In this document: positions 36,701 to 49,300 of the stretch, one piece after another
How the letters are laid out: every line of letters starts with the position of its first letter
Numbering within the stretch: the first letter of the stretch is position 1
Assembly (NCBI GenBank): GCA_964016885.1
Contig: OZ024744.1
Coordinates: forward strand, 130,076,001 to 130,140,000
From: Eledone cirrhosa
Taxonomy: Eukaryota
Length of the DNA: 64,000 bases
Direction: 5' to 3'
Notes under the pieces: model-generated
Database searches by the model: none
What the model saw: only the letters and a program-made list of their open reading frames with translations
What the model was told of the DNA's origin: nothing
Translations under genes and position numbers: made by a program

Positions 36701-39700
36701 TTTAAGTTGGGGTTCAGTTAATTTGGGGTTAAGTTAAGTTTGGGTTTAGTTGGGGTTAAATTAAGTTGGGGTTAAGTTAAGTTGGGGTTAAGTTACGTTG
36801 GGGTTAATTTAAGTTGGGGTTAAGTTAAGTTGCGGGTAATTTAAGTTGGGGTTAGGTTAAGTTGGGGTTAAGTTAAGTTGGGCTTAAGTTAAGTTGGGGG
36901 TAAGTTAAGTTGGGGTTAAGTTAAGTTGCGGGTAAGTGAAGTTGGGGTTAAGTTAAGTTGGGGTTAAGTTAAGTTGGGGTTAAGTTAAGTTAGGGTTAAG
37001 TTAAGTTGGGGTTGAGTTAAGTTGGGGTTAAGTTAAGTTGGGGTTATGTTAAGTTGGGGTTAAGTTATATTGGGGTTAATTTAACTTTGTGGTTAAGTTA
37101 AGTTGGGGTTAATTTAAGTTGGGGTTAAGTTAAGTTGGGGTTAATTTAAGTTGCGGTTAAGTTAAGTTGAGGTTAAGTTAAGTTGGGGTTAAGTTAAGTT
37201 GGGGTTAAGTTAAGTTGGGGCTAAGTTAAGTTGGGGCTAAGTTAAGTTGGGGCTTAGTTAAGTTGGGGTTAAGTTAAGTTGGGGTTAAGTTAAGGTGGGG
37301 TTTAGTTAAGTTGGGGTCAACTAAAGTTGGGGTTAAGTTAAGTTGGGGTTTATTTAAGTTGGGGTTCAGTTAATTTGGGGTTAAGTTAAGTTTGGGTTAA
37401 GTTGGGGTTAAATTAAGTTTGGGTTAAGTTAAGTTGGGGTTAAGTTAAGTTGGGGTTAAGTTAAGTTGGTTAGTTAAGTTGAGTTTAAGTTAAGTTGGGG
37501 TTAATTTAAGTTGCGGTTAAGTTAAGTTGGGGTTAAGTTAAGTTGGGGTTAAGTTAAGTTGGGCTTAAGTTAAGTTGCGGTTAAGTTAAGTTGAGGTTAA
37601 GTTAAGTTGGGGTTAAGTTAAGTTGGGGTTAAGTTAAGTTGGGGCTAAGTTAAGTTGGGGCTAAGTTAAGTTGGGGCTAAGTTAAGTTGGGGTTAAGTTA
37701 ACTTTGGGTTAAGTTAATTTGGGTTTGAGTTAAGTTGGGGTTAATTAAGTTGGGGTTAAGTTAAGTTGGGGTTAAGTTAAGTTGGGGTTAAGTTAAGTTG
37801 GGGTTAAGTTGAGTTGCGGTTAAGTTAAGTTGATGTTAAGTTAATTTTGGGTTAAGTTAAGTTGGGGTTAAGTTAAGTTGGGGTTAAGTTAAGTTGGGGT
37901 TAAGTTAAGGTGGGGTTAAGTTAAGTTGGGGTCAACTTAAGTTGGGGTTAAGTTAAGTTGGGGTTAACTTAAGTTGGGGTTAAGTTAAGTTGAGGTTAAG
38001 TTAAGTTGAGGTTAAGTTAAGTTGGTGTTAAGTTAAGTTGGGGCTAAGTTAAGTTGGGGCTGAGTTAAGTTGGGGCTGAGTTAAGTTGGAGTTAAGTTAA
38101 GCTGGGGTTGAGTTAAGTTGCGGTTAAGTTAAGTTGGGGTTAAGTTAAGTTGGGGTTAAGTTAAGTTGGGGTTAAGTTAAGTTGGGGTTTATTTAAGTTG
38201 GGGTTCAGTTAATTTGGGGTTAAGTTAAGTTTGGGTTAAGTTGGAGTTAAATTAAGTTGGGGTTAAATTAAGTTGGGGTTAAGCTAAGTTGGGGTTAAGT
38301 TAAGTTGGGGTTAATTTAAGTTGGGGTTAAGTTAAGTTGCGGGGAATTTAAGTCGGGGTTAAGTTAAGTTGGGGTTAAGTTAAGTTGGGGTTAAGTTAAG
38401 GTGGGGTTTACTTAAGTTGGGGTTAAGTTAAGTTGGGGGTAAGTTAAGTTGGGGGTAAGTTAAGTTGGCGTTAAGTTAAGTTGGGGTTAAGTTAAGTTGG
38501 GGTTAAATTAAGTTAGGGTTAAGTTAAGTTGGGGTTGAGTTAAGTTGGGGTTAAGTTAAGTTGGGGTTATGTTAAGTTGGGGTTAAGTTAAGTTGGGGTT
38601 AATTTAAGTTGGGGGTTAAGTTAAGTCGGGGTTAAGTTGAGTTGGGGTTAAGTTAAGTTGGGGTTAAGTTAAGTTGGGGTTAAGTTAAGTTGGAGTTAAG
38701 ATAAGTTGGGGTTAAGTTAAGTTGGGGTTGAGTTAAGTTCGGGTTGAGTTAATTTGGCGTTGACTTAAGTTGGGGTTAACTTAAGTTGGGATTAAGTTAA
38801 GTTGGGGTTAAGTTAAGTTGGGGTTAAATTAAGTTCGGGTTAAGTTAAGTTGGGGTTAAGTTAAGTTGGGCTTAAGTTAAGTTGGGGTTAAGTTAAGTTG
38901 GGGTTAAGTTAGGTTGGGGTTAAGTTAAGTTGGGGGTAAGTTAAGTTGGGGGTAAGTTAAGTTGGGGTTAATTTAAGTTGGGTCGAATTAAGTTGGTGTT
39001 AAGTTAAGTTGGGGTTAAGTTAAGTTGGGGTTAAGTTAAGTTGGGGTTAAGTTAAGTTGGGGTTAAATTAAGTTGGGGTTAAGTTAAGTTGGGGTTTAGT
39101 TAAGTTGGGGTTAAGTTAAGTTGGGGTTAAGTTGGGGTTACGTTAAGTTGGGGGTAAGTTAAGTTAGGGTTAAGTTAAGTTGGGGTTGAGTTAAGTCGGG
39201 GTTAAGTTAAGTTGGGGTTATGTTAAGTTGGGGTTAAGTTAAGTTGGGGTTAAGTTAAGTTGGGGTTCAATTAAGTTGCGGTTAATTTAAGTTGGGGTTA
39301 AGTTAAGTTGGGGTTAAGTTAAGTTGGGGTTAAGTTAAGTTGGGGTTAAGTTAGATTGTTGTTAAGTTAAGTTGGGGTTAAGTTAAGTTGGGGTTAATTT
39401 AAGTTGGGGTTAATTTAAGTTGGGTCTAATTAAGTTGGGGTTAAGTTAAGTTGGGGTTAAGTTAAGTTGGGGTTAAGTTAAGTTGGGGTTAAGTTAAGTT
39501 GGGGTTAAGTTAAGTTGGGTTTACGTTAAGTTGGGGGTAAGTTAAGTTGGGGTTAAATTAAGTTGGGGTTAAGTTAAGTTGGGGTTAAGTTAAGTTGGGG
39601 TTAAGTTAAGTTGGGGTTAAGTTAAGGTGGGGTTAAGTTAAGTTGGGGTCAACTTAAGTTGGGGTTAAGTTAAGTTGGGGTTAACTTAAGTTGGGGTTAA

Positions 39701-40330
39701 GTTAAGTTGGGGTTAAGTTAAGTTGAGGTTAAGTTAAGTTGGTGTTAAGTTAAGTTGGGGCTAAGTTAAGTTGGGGCTGAGTTAAGTTGGGGCTGAGTTA
39801 AGTTGGAGTTAAGTTAAGCTGGGGTTGAGTTAAGTTGCGGTTAAGTTAAGTTGGGGTTAAGTTAAGTTGGGGTTAAGTTAAGTTGGGGTTAAGTTAAGTT
39901 GGGGTTTATTTAAGTTGGGGTTCAGTTAATTTGGGGTTAAATTAAGTTTGGGTTAAGTTGGAGTTAAATTAAGTTGGGGTTAAATTAAGTTGGGGTTAAG
40001 CTAAGTTGGGGTTAAGTTAAGTTGGGGTTAATTTAAGTTGGGGTTAAGTTAAGTTGCGGGGAATTTAAGTCGGGGTTAAGTTAAGTTGGGGTTAAGTTAA
40101 GTTGGGGTTAAGTTAAGGTGGGGTTTAGTTAAGTTGGGGTTAAGTTAAGTTGGGGGTAAGTTAAGTTGGGGGTAAGTTAAGTTGGGGGTAAGTTAAGTTG
40201 GGGTTAAGTTAAGTTGCGGTTAAGTTAAGTTGGGGTTAAGTTAAGTTGGGGTTAAGTTAGATTGTTGTTAAGTTAAGTTGGGGTTTATTTAAGTTGGGGT
40301 TCAGTTAATTTGGGGTTAAGTTAAGTTTGG
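26223..40330 (+). repeat. 14,108-bp tandem duplication, copy 1
   Basis: Rare markers recur at +14,108: GGGGTCAAG C 26241/40349, GGGCATA C 28213/42321, AAGAAGGGGCT G 31400/45508, TTGCGGGGAATT C 38340/52448, GGTCGAATT C 38984/53092. Confidence 0.95.
32770..34740 (+). repeat. Local tandem duplication, 986-bp unit (also present at +14,108)
   Basis: GAGCTAAG C 32865/33851 and TTCACTT C 33469/34455 both give +986. Confidence 0.85.
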
Positions 40331-43300
40331 GTTAAGTTAAGTTGGGGTCAAGTTAAGTTGGGGTTAAGTTAAGTTGGGTTTAAGTTAAGTTGGGGTAAGT
40401 TAAGTTAGGGCTAAGTTAAGTTGGGGCTGAGTTAAGTTGGGGTTAAATTAAGTTGGGGTTAAGTTAAGTTGGGGGTAAGATAAGTGGGGGTTAGTTAAGT
40501 TGCGGTTAAGTTAAGTTGGGGTTAAGTTAAGTTGGGGTTAAGTTGATTTGGGGTAAAGTTATGTTGGGGTTAAGTTAAGTTGGGGTTAATTTAAGTTGGG
40601 GTTAAGTTAAGTTGGGGTTAATTTAAGTTGGGGTTAATTTAAGTTGGGGTTAAGTTAAGTTGGGGTTAAGTTAAGTTGGGGTTAAGTTAAGTTGGGGGTA
40701 AGTTAAGTTGGGGTTAAGTTAAGTTGGGGTTAAGTTGGGGTTAAGTTAAGTTAGGGTTAACTTAAGTTGGGGTTAAGTTAAGTGGTGGTTATGTTAAGTG
40801 GTGGTTATGTTAACTTGGGGTTAAGTTAAGTTGGGGTTAAGTTAAATTGGGGTTAAGTTAAGTTGCGGTTAAGTTAAGTTGGGGTTAAGTTAAGTTGGGG
40901 TTAAGTTAATTAGGGTTAAGTTAAGTTGAGGTTAAGTTAAGTTGGGGTTAAGTTAAGTTGCGGTTAAGTTAAGTTGGCGTTAAGTTAAGTTGGGGTGAAG
41001 TTAAGTTGGGATTAAGTTAAGTTGGGGTTAAGTTAAGTTGGGGTTAAGTTAAGTTGGGGTTAAGTTAGATTGTTGTTAAGTTAAGTTGGGGTTAAGTTAA
41101 GTTGGGGTTAATTTAAGTTGGGGTTAAGTTAAGTCGGGGTTAAGTTGAGTTGGAGTTAGGTTAAGTTGGGGTTAAGTTAAGTTGGGGTTAAGTTAAGTTG
41201 GGGTTGAGTTAATTTGGAGTTAACTTAAGTTGGGGTTAACTTAAGTCGGGATTAAGTTAAGTGGGGGTTAAGTTAAGTTGGGGTTAAATTAAGTTCGGGT
41301 TAAGTTAAGTTGGGGTTAAGTTAAGTTGGGGTTAAGTTAGGTTGGGGTTAAGTTAAGTTGGGGGTAAGTTAAGTTGGGGGTAAGTTCAGTTGGGGTTAAG
41401 TTAAGTTGGGGTTGAGTTAAGTTGGGGCTAAGTTAAGTTAGGGTTATGTTAAGTTGGGGTTAATTTAAGTTGGGGTTAAGTTAAGTTGGGGTTCAATTAA
41501 GTTGCGGTTAATTTAAGTTGGGGTTAAGTTAAGTTGGGGTTAAGTTAAGTTGGGGTTAAGTTAAGTTGGGGTTAAGTTAAGTTGGGGTTAAATTAAGTTG
41601 GGGTTAAGTTAAGTTGGGGTTAAGTTAAGTTGGGGTTAAGTTAAGTAGGGTTTAAGTTAAGTTGGGGTTAAGTTAAGTTGGGGTTAAGTTAAGTTGGGGT
41701 TAAGTTAATTTGTGGTTAAGTTAAGTTGGGGTTAAGTTAAGTTGGGGTTAAGTTCAGTCGGGGTTAAGTTAAGTCGGGGTTAAGTTAAGTTGGGGTTGAG
41801 TTAAGTTGGGGTTAAGTTAAGTTGGGGTTAAGATAAGTTGGGGTTAAGTTAAGTTGGGGTTGAGTTAAGTTGGGGTTGAGTTAATTTGGGGTTAAGTTAA
41901 GTTGGAGTTAACTTAAGTTGGGTTTAAGTTAAGTTGGGGTTAAGTTAAGTTGGGGTTAAATTAAGTTGGGGTTAAGTTAAGTTGGGGGTAAGATAAGTTG
42001 GGGTTAGTTAAGTTGCGGTTAAGTTAAGTTGGGGTTAAGTTAAGTTGGGGTTAAGTTAAGTTGGGGTAAAGTTAAGTTGGGGGTAAGTTAAGTTGGGGGT
42101 AAGTTAAGTTGGGGTTAATTTAAGTTAGGTCTAATTAAGTTGGGGTTAAGTTAAGTTGGGGTTAAATTAAGTTGGGGTTAAGTTAAGTTGGGGTTAAGTT
42201 AAGTTGGGGTTAAGTTAAGTTGCGGTTAAGTTAAGTTGAGGTTAAGTTAAGTAGGGGTTAAATTATGTTGGGGTTAAGTTAAGTTCGGGTTAAGTTAAGT
42301 TGGGGTTAAGTTGAGTTGGGCATAAGTTAAGTTGGGGATAAGTTAAGTTGGGGTTAAGTTAAGTTGGGTTTAAGTTAAGTTTGGGTTAAGTTAAGTTTGG
42401 GTTAAGTTAAGTTGGGGTTAAGTTAAGTTGGTTAGTTAAGTTGAGTTTAAGTTAAGTTGGGGTTAGTTTAAGTTGGGGTTAAGTTAAGTTGGGGTTAAGT
42501 TAAGTTGGGGTTAAGTTAAGTTGGGGTTAAGTTAAGTTGCGGTTAAGTTAAGTTGAGGTTAAGTTAAGTTGGGGTTAAGTTAAGTTGGGGTTAAGTTAAG
42601 TTGGGGCTAAGTTAAGTTGGGGCTAAGTTAAGTTGGGGCTAAGTTAAGTTGGGGTTAAGTTAACTTTGGGTTAAGTTAATTTGGGTTTGAGTTAAGTTGG
42701 GGTTAATTAAGTTGGGGTTAAGTTAAGTTGGGGTTAAGTTAAGTTGGGGTTAAGTTAAGTTGGGGTTAAGTTAAGTTGCGGTTAAGTTAAGTTGATGTTA
42801 AGTTAAGTTGATGTTAAGTTAAGTTGGGGTTAAGTTAAGTCGGGGTTAAGTTAAGGTGGGGTTAAGTTAAGTTGGGGTCAACTAAAGTTGGGGTTAAGTT
42901 AAGTTGGGGTTAACTTAAGTTGGGGTTAAGTTAAGTTGGGGTTAAGTTGGGGTTAAATTAAATTGGGGTTAAGTTAAGTTGGGGTTAAGTTAAATGGGGT
43001 TAAGTTAAGTTGCGGGTAATTTAAGTTGGGGTTAAGTTAAGTTGGGGTTAAGTTAAGTTGGGGGTAAGTTAAGTTGGGGGTAAGTTAAGTTGGGGGTAAG
43101 TTAAGTTGGGGTTAAGTTAAGTTGGGGTTAAGTTAAGTTGGGGTTAAGTTAAGTTAGGGTTAAGTTAAGTTGGGGTTGAGTTAAGTTGGGGTTAAGTTAA
43201 GTTGGGGTTATGTTAAGTTGGGGTTAAGTTAAGTTGGGGTTAAGTTAAGTTGGGGTTAAGTTAAGTTGCGGTTAAGTTAAGTTGGGGTTAAATTAAGTTG

Positions 43301-46300
43301 GGGTTAAGTTAAGTTGGGATTAATTTAAGTTGGGTTAAGTTAAGTTGGGGTTAAGTTAAGTTGGGGTTAAGTTAGATTGTTGTTAAGTTAAGTTGAGGTT
43401 AAGTTAAGTTGGGGTTAATTTAAGTTGGGGTTAATTTAAGTTGGGTCTAATTAAGTTGGGGTTAAGTTAAGTTGGTGGTAAGTTAAGTTGGGGGATAGTT
43501 AAGATGGGGTTAAGTTAAGTTGGGGTTAATTTAATTTGGGGTTAAGTTAAGTTAGGGGTAAGTTAAGTTGGGGTTAAGTTAAGTTGGGGTTAAGTTAAGT
43601 CGGGGTTAATTTAAGTTGCGGTTAAGTTAAGTTGGGGTTAAGTTAAGTTGGGGTTAAGTTAAGTTGGGATTAAGTTAAGTTGGGGTTAAGTTAAGTTGGG
43701 GTTGAGTTAAGTTGGGGTTAAGTTAGATTGTTGTTAAGTTATTTTGGGGTTAAGTTAAGTTGGGGTTAAGTTAAGTTGGGGTTAATTTAAGTTGTGGTTA
43801 AGTTAAGTGGGGGTTAAGTTGAGTTGGGGTTTAGTTAAGTTGGGGTTAAGTTAAGTTGGGGTTAAGTTAAGTTGGGGTTAAGATAAGTTGGGGTTAAGTT
43901 AAGTTGGGGTTGAGTTAAGTTCGGGTTGAGTTAATTTGGGGTTAACTTAAGTTGGGGTTAAGTTAAGTTGGGATTAAGTTAAGTTGGGGTTAAATTAAGT
44001 TCGGGTTAAGTTAAGTTGGGGTTAAGTTAACTTGGGGTTAAGTTAAGTTGGGGTTAAGTTAAGTTGGGGTTAAGTTAGGTTGGGGTTAAGTTATGTTGGG
44101 GGTAAGTTAAGTTGGGGGTAAGTTAAGTTGGGGGTAAGTTAAGTTGGGTCTAATTAAGTTGGGGTTAAGTTAAGTTGGGGTTAAGTTAAGTTGGGGTTAA
44201 GTTAAGTTGGGGTTAAGTTAAGTTGGGGTTAGGTTAAGTTGGGGCTAAGTTAAGTTGGGGTTAAGTTAAGTTGGGGTTACGTTAAGTTGGGGGTAAGTTA
44301 AGTTGGTGGTAAGTTAAGTTGGGGGTAAGTTAAGATGGGGTTAAGTTAAGTTGGGGTTAATTTAATTTGGGGTGAAGTTAAGTTGGGGTTAAGTTAAGTT
44401 TGGGTTAAGTTAAGTTGGAGTTAAGTTAAGTTGGGGGTAAGTTAAGTTGGGGTTAAGTTAAGTTGGGGTTAAGATAAGTTGGGGTTAAGTTAAGTTGGGG
44501 TTGAGCTAAGTTGGGGTTGAGTTAATTTGGGGTTAAGTTAAGTTGGGGTTAAGTTAAGTTGGGTTTAAGTTAAGTTGGGGTTAAATTAAGTTGGGGTTAA
44601 GCTAAGTTGGGGTTAAGTTAAATTGAGGTTAAGTTAAGTTGGGGTTAATTTAAGTTGGGGTTAAGCTAAGTTGGGGTTAAGTTAAATTGAGGTTAAGTTA
44701 AGTTGGGGTTAAGTTAAGTTGGGGTTAATTTAAGTTGGGGCTAAGTAAAGTTGGGGCTAAGTTAAGTGGGGGTTAAGTTAAGTTAGGGTTGAGTTAAGTT
44801 GGGGTTAAGTTAACTTTGGGTTAAGTTAAGTTGGGTTTGAGTTAAGTTGGGGTTAATTAAGTTGGGGTTAAGTTAAGTTGGGGTTAAGTTAAGTTGCGGT
44901 TAAGTTAAGTTGAGGTTAAGTTAAGTTTGGGTTAAGTTAAGTTTGGGTTAAGTTAAGTTGGGGTTAAGTTAAGTTGGTTAGTTAAGTTGAGTTTAAGTTA
45001 AGTTGGGGTTAATTTAAGTTGGGGTTAAGTTAAGTTGGGGTTAAGTTAAGTTGGGGTTAAGTTAAGTTGGGGTTAAGTTAAGTTGCGGTTAAGTTAAGTT
45101 GAGGTTAAGTTAAGTTGGGTTTAAGTTAAGTTGGGGTTAAGTTAAGTTGGGGCTAAGTTAAGTTGGGGCTAAGTTAAGTTGGGGCTAAGTTAAGTTGGGG
45201 TTAAGTTAACTTTGGGTTAAGTTAATTTGGGTTTGAGTTAAGTTGGGGTTAATTAAGTTGGGGTTAAGTTAAGTTGGGGTTAAGTTAAGTTGGGGTTAAG
45301 TTAAGTTGGGGTTAAGTTAAGTTGCGGTTAAGTTAAGTTGATGTTAAGTTAAGTTGATGTTAAGTTAAGTTGGGGTTAAGTTAAGTCGGGGTTAAGTTAA
45401 GGTGGGGTTAAGTTAAGTTGGGGTCAACTAAAGTTGGGGTTAAGTTAAGTTGGGGTTAACTTAAGTTGGGGTTAAGTTAAGTTGGGGTTAAGTTGGGGTT
45501 AAATTAAGAAGGGGCTAAGTTAAGTTGGGGTTAAGTTAAATTGGGTTAAGTTAAGTTGCGGGTAATTTACGTTGGGGTTAAGTTAAGTTGGGGTTAAGTT
45601 AAGTTGGGGGTAAGTTAAGTTGGGGGTAAGTTAAGTTGGGGGTAAGTTAAGTTGGGGTTAAGTTAAGTTGGGGTTAAGTTAAGTTGGGGTTAAGTTAAGT
45701 TAGGGTTAAGTTAAGTTGGGGTTGAGTTAAGTTGGGGTTAAGTTAAGTTGGGGTTATGTTAAGTTGGGGTTAAGTTAAGTTGGGGTTAAGTTAAGTTGGG
45801 GTTAAGTTAAGTTGCGGTTAAGTTAGATTGTTGTTAAGTTAAGTTGAGGTTAAGTTAAGTTGGGGTTAATTTAAGTTGGGGTTAATTTAAGTTGGGTCTA
45901 ATTAAGTTGGGGTTAAGTTAAGTTGGTGGTAAGTTAAGTTGGGGGATATTTAAGATGGGGTTAAGTTAAGTTGGGGTTAATTTAATTTGGGGTTAAGTTA
46001 AGTTAGGGGTAAGTTAAGTTGGGGTTAAGTTAAGTTGGGGTTAAGTTAAGTCGGGGTTAATTTAAGTTGCGGTTAAGTTAAGTTGGGGTTAAGTTAAGTT
46101 GGGGTTAAGTTAAGTTGGGATTAAGTTAAGTTGGGGTTAAGTTAAGTTGGGGTTGAGTTAAGTTGGGGTTAAGTTAGATTGTTGTTAAGTTATTTTGGGG
46201 TTAAGTTAAGTTGGGGTTAAGTTAAGTTGGGGTTAATTTAAGTTGTGGTTAAGTTAAGTGGGGGTTAAGTTGAGTTGGGGTTAAGTTAAGTTGGGGTTAA

Positions 46301-49300
46301 GTTAAGTTGGGGTTAAGTTAAGTTGGGGTTAAGGTAAGTTGGGGTTAAGTTAAGTTGGGGTTGAGTTAAGTTCGGGTTGAGTTAATTTGGGGTTAACTTA
46401 AGTTGGGGTTAAGTTAAGTTGGGATTAAGTTAAGTTGGGGTTAAGTTAAGTTTGGGTTAAATTAAGTTCGGGTTAAATTAAGTTGGGGTTAAGTTAACTT
46501 GGGGTTAAGTTAAGTTGGGGTTAAGTTAAGTTGGGGTTAAGTTAGGTTGGGGTTAAGTTATGTTGGGGGTAAGTTCAGTTGGGGGTAAGTTAAGTTGGGG
46601 GTAAGTTAAGTTGGGTCTAATTAAGTTGGGGTTAAGTTAAGTTGGGGTTAAGTTAAGTTGGGGTTAAGTTAAGTTGGGGTTAAGTTAAGTTGGGGTTAGG
46701 TTAAGTTGGGGCTAAGTTAAGTTGGGGTTAAGTTAAGTTGGGGTTACGTTAAGTTGGGGGTAAGTTAAGTTGGTGGTAAGTTAAGTTGGGGGTAAGTTAA
46801 GATGGGGTTAAGTTAAGTTGGGGTTAATTTAATTTGGGGTGAAGTTAAGTTGGGGTTAAGTTAAGTTGGGGTTAAGTTAAGTTGGAGTTAAGTTAAGTTG
46901 GGGGTAAGTTAAGTTGGGGTTAAGTTAAGTTGGGGTTAAGATAAGTTGGGGTTAAGTTAAGTTGGGGTTGAGCTAAGTTGGGGTTGAGTTAATTTGGGGT
47001 TAAGTTAAGTTGGGGTTAAGTTAAGTTGGGTTTAAGTTAAGTTGGGGTTAAGTTAAGTTGGGGTTAAATTAAGTTGGGGTTAAGCTAAGTTGGGGTTAAG
47101 TTAAATTGAGGTTAAGTTAAGTTGGGGTTAATTTAAGTTGGGGTTAAGCTAAGTTGGGGTTAAGTTAAATTGAGGTTAAGTTAAGTTGGGGTTAAGTTAA
47201 GTTGGGGTTAATTTAAGTTGGGGCTAAGTAAAGTTGGGGGTAAGTTAAGTGGGGGTTAAGTTAAGTTAGGGTTGAGTTAAGTTGGGGTTAAGTTAACTTT
47301 GGGTTAAGTTAAGTTGGGTTTGAGTTAAGTTGGGGTTAATTAAGTTGGGGTTAAGTTAAGTTGGGGTTAAGTTAAGTTGCGGTTAAGTTAAGTTGAGGTT
47401 AAGTTAAGTTGGGGTTAAGTGAAGTTGGGGTTAAGTTAAGTTGGGGCTAAGTTAAGTTGGGGCTAAGTTAAGTTGGGGCTTAGTTAAGTTGGGGTTAAGT
47501 TAAGTTGGGGTTAAGTTAAGGTGGGGTTTAGTTAAGTTGGGGTCAACTAAAGTTGGGGTTAAGTTAAGTTGGGGTTCACTTAAGTTGGGGTTAAGTTAAG
47601 TTGGGGTTAAGTTAAGTTGGGGTTTATTTAAGTTGGGGTTCAGTTAATTTGGGGTTAAGTTAAGTTTGGGTTTAGTTGGGGTTAAATTAAGTTGGGGTTA
47701 AGTTAAGTTGGGGTTAAGTTACGTTGGGGTTAATTTAAGTTGGGGTTAAGTTAAGTTGCGGGTAATTTAAGTTGGGGTTAAGTTAAGTTGGGGTTAAGTT
47801 AAGTTGGGGTTAAGTTAAGTTGGGGGTAAGTTAAGTTGGGGGTAAGTTAAGTTGGGGGTAAGTTAAGTTGGAGTTAAGTTAAGTTGGGGGTAAGATAAGT
47901 TGGGGTTAAGTTAAGTTGGGGTTAAGATAAGTTGGGGTTAAGTTAAGTTGGGGTTGAGCTAAGTTGGGGTTGAGTTAATTTGGGGTTAAGTTAAGTTGGG
48001 GTTAAGTTAAGTTGGGTTTAAGTTAAGTTGGGGTTAAGTTAAGTTGGGGTTAAATTAAGTTGGGGTTAAGCTAAGTTGGGGTTAAGTTAAATTGAGGTTA
48101 AGTTAAGTTGGGGTTAATTTAAGTTGGGGTTAAGCTAAGTTGGGGTTAAGTTAAATTGAGGTTAAGTTAAGTTGGGATTAAGTTAAGTTGGGGTTAATTT
48201 AAGTTGGGGCTAAGTAAAGTTGGGGCTAAGTTAAGTGGGGGTTAAGTTAAGTTAGGGTTGAGTTAAGTTGGGGTTAAGTTAACTTTGGGTTAAGTTAAGT
48301 TGGGTTTGAGTTAAGTTGGGGTTAATTAAGTTGGGGTTAAGTTAAGTTGGGGTTAAGTTAAGTTGCGGTTAAGTTAAGTTGAGGTTAAGTTAAGTTGGGG
48401 TTAAGTGAAGTTGGGGTTAAGTTAAGTTGGGGCTAATTTAAGTTGGGGCTAAGTTAAGTTGGGGCTTAGTTAAGTTGGGGTTAAGTTAAGTTGGGGTTAA
48501 GTTAAGGTGGGGTTTAGTTAAGTTGGGGTCAACTAAAGTTGGGGTTAAGTTAAGTTGGGGTTCACTTAAGTTGGGGTTAAGTTAAGTTGGGGTTAAGTTA
48601 AGTTGGGGTTTATTTAAGTTGGGGTTCAGTTAATTTGGGGTTAAGTTAAGTTTGGGTTTAGTTGGGGTTAAATTAAGTTGGGGTTAAGTTAAGTTGGGGT
48701 TAAGTTACGTTGGGGTTAATTTAAGTTGGGGTTAAGTTAAGTTGCGGGTAATTTAAGTTGGGGTTAAGTTAAGTTGGGGTTAAGTTAAGTTGGGATTAAG
48801 TTAAGTTGGGGGTAAGTTAAGTTGGGGGTAAGTTAAGTTGGGGGTAAGTTAAGTTGGGGTTAAGTTAAGTTGGGGTTAAGTTAAGTTGGGGTTAAGTTAA
48901 GTTAGGGTTAAGTTAAGTTGGGGTTGAGTTAAGTTGGGGTTAAGTTAAGTTGGGGTTATGTTAAGTTGGGGTTAGGTTAAATTGGGGTTAATTTAACTTT
49001 GTGGTTAAGTTAAGTTGGGGTTAATTTAAGTTGGGGTTAAGTTAAGTTGGGGTTAATTTAAGTTGCGGTTAAGTTAAGTTGAGGTTAAGTTAAGTTGGGG
49101 TTAAGTTAAGTTGGGGTTAAGTTAAGTTGGGGCTAAGTTAAGTTGGGGCTAAGTTAAGTTGGGGCTTAGTTAAGTTGGGGTTAAGTTAAGTTGGGGTTAA
49201 GTTAAGGTGGGGTTTAGTTAAGTTGGGGTCAACTAAAGTTGGGGTTAAGTTAAGTTGGGGTTTATTTAAGTTGGGGTTCAGTTAATTTGGGGTTAAGTTA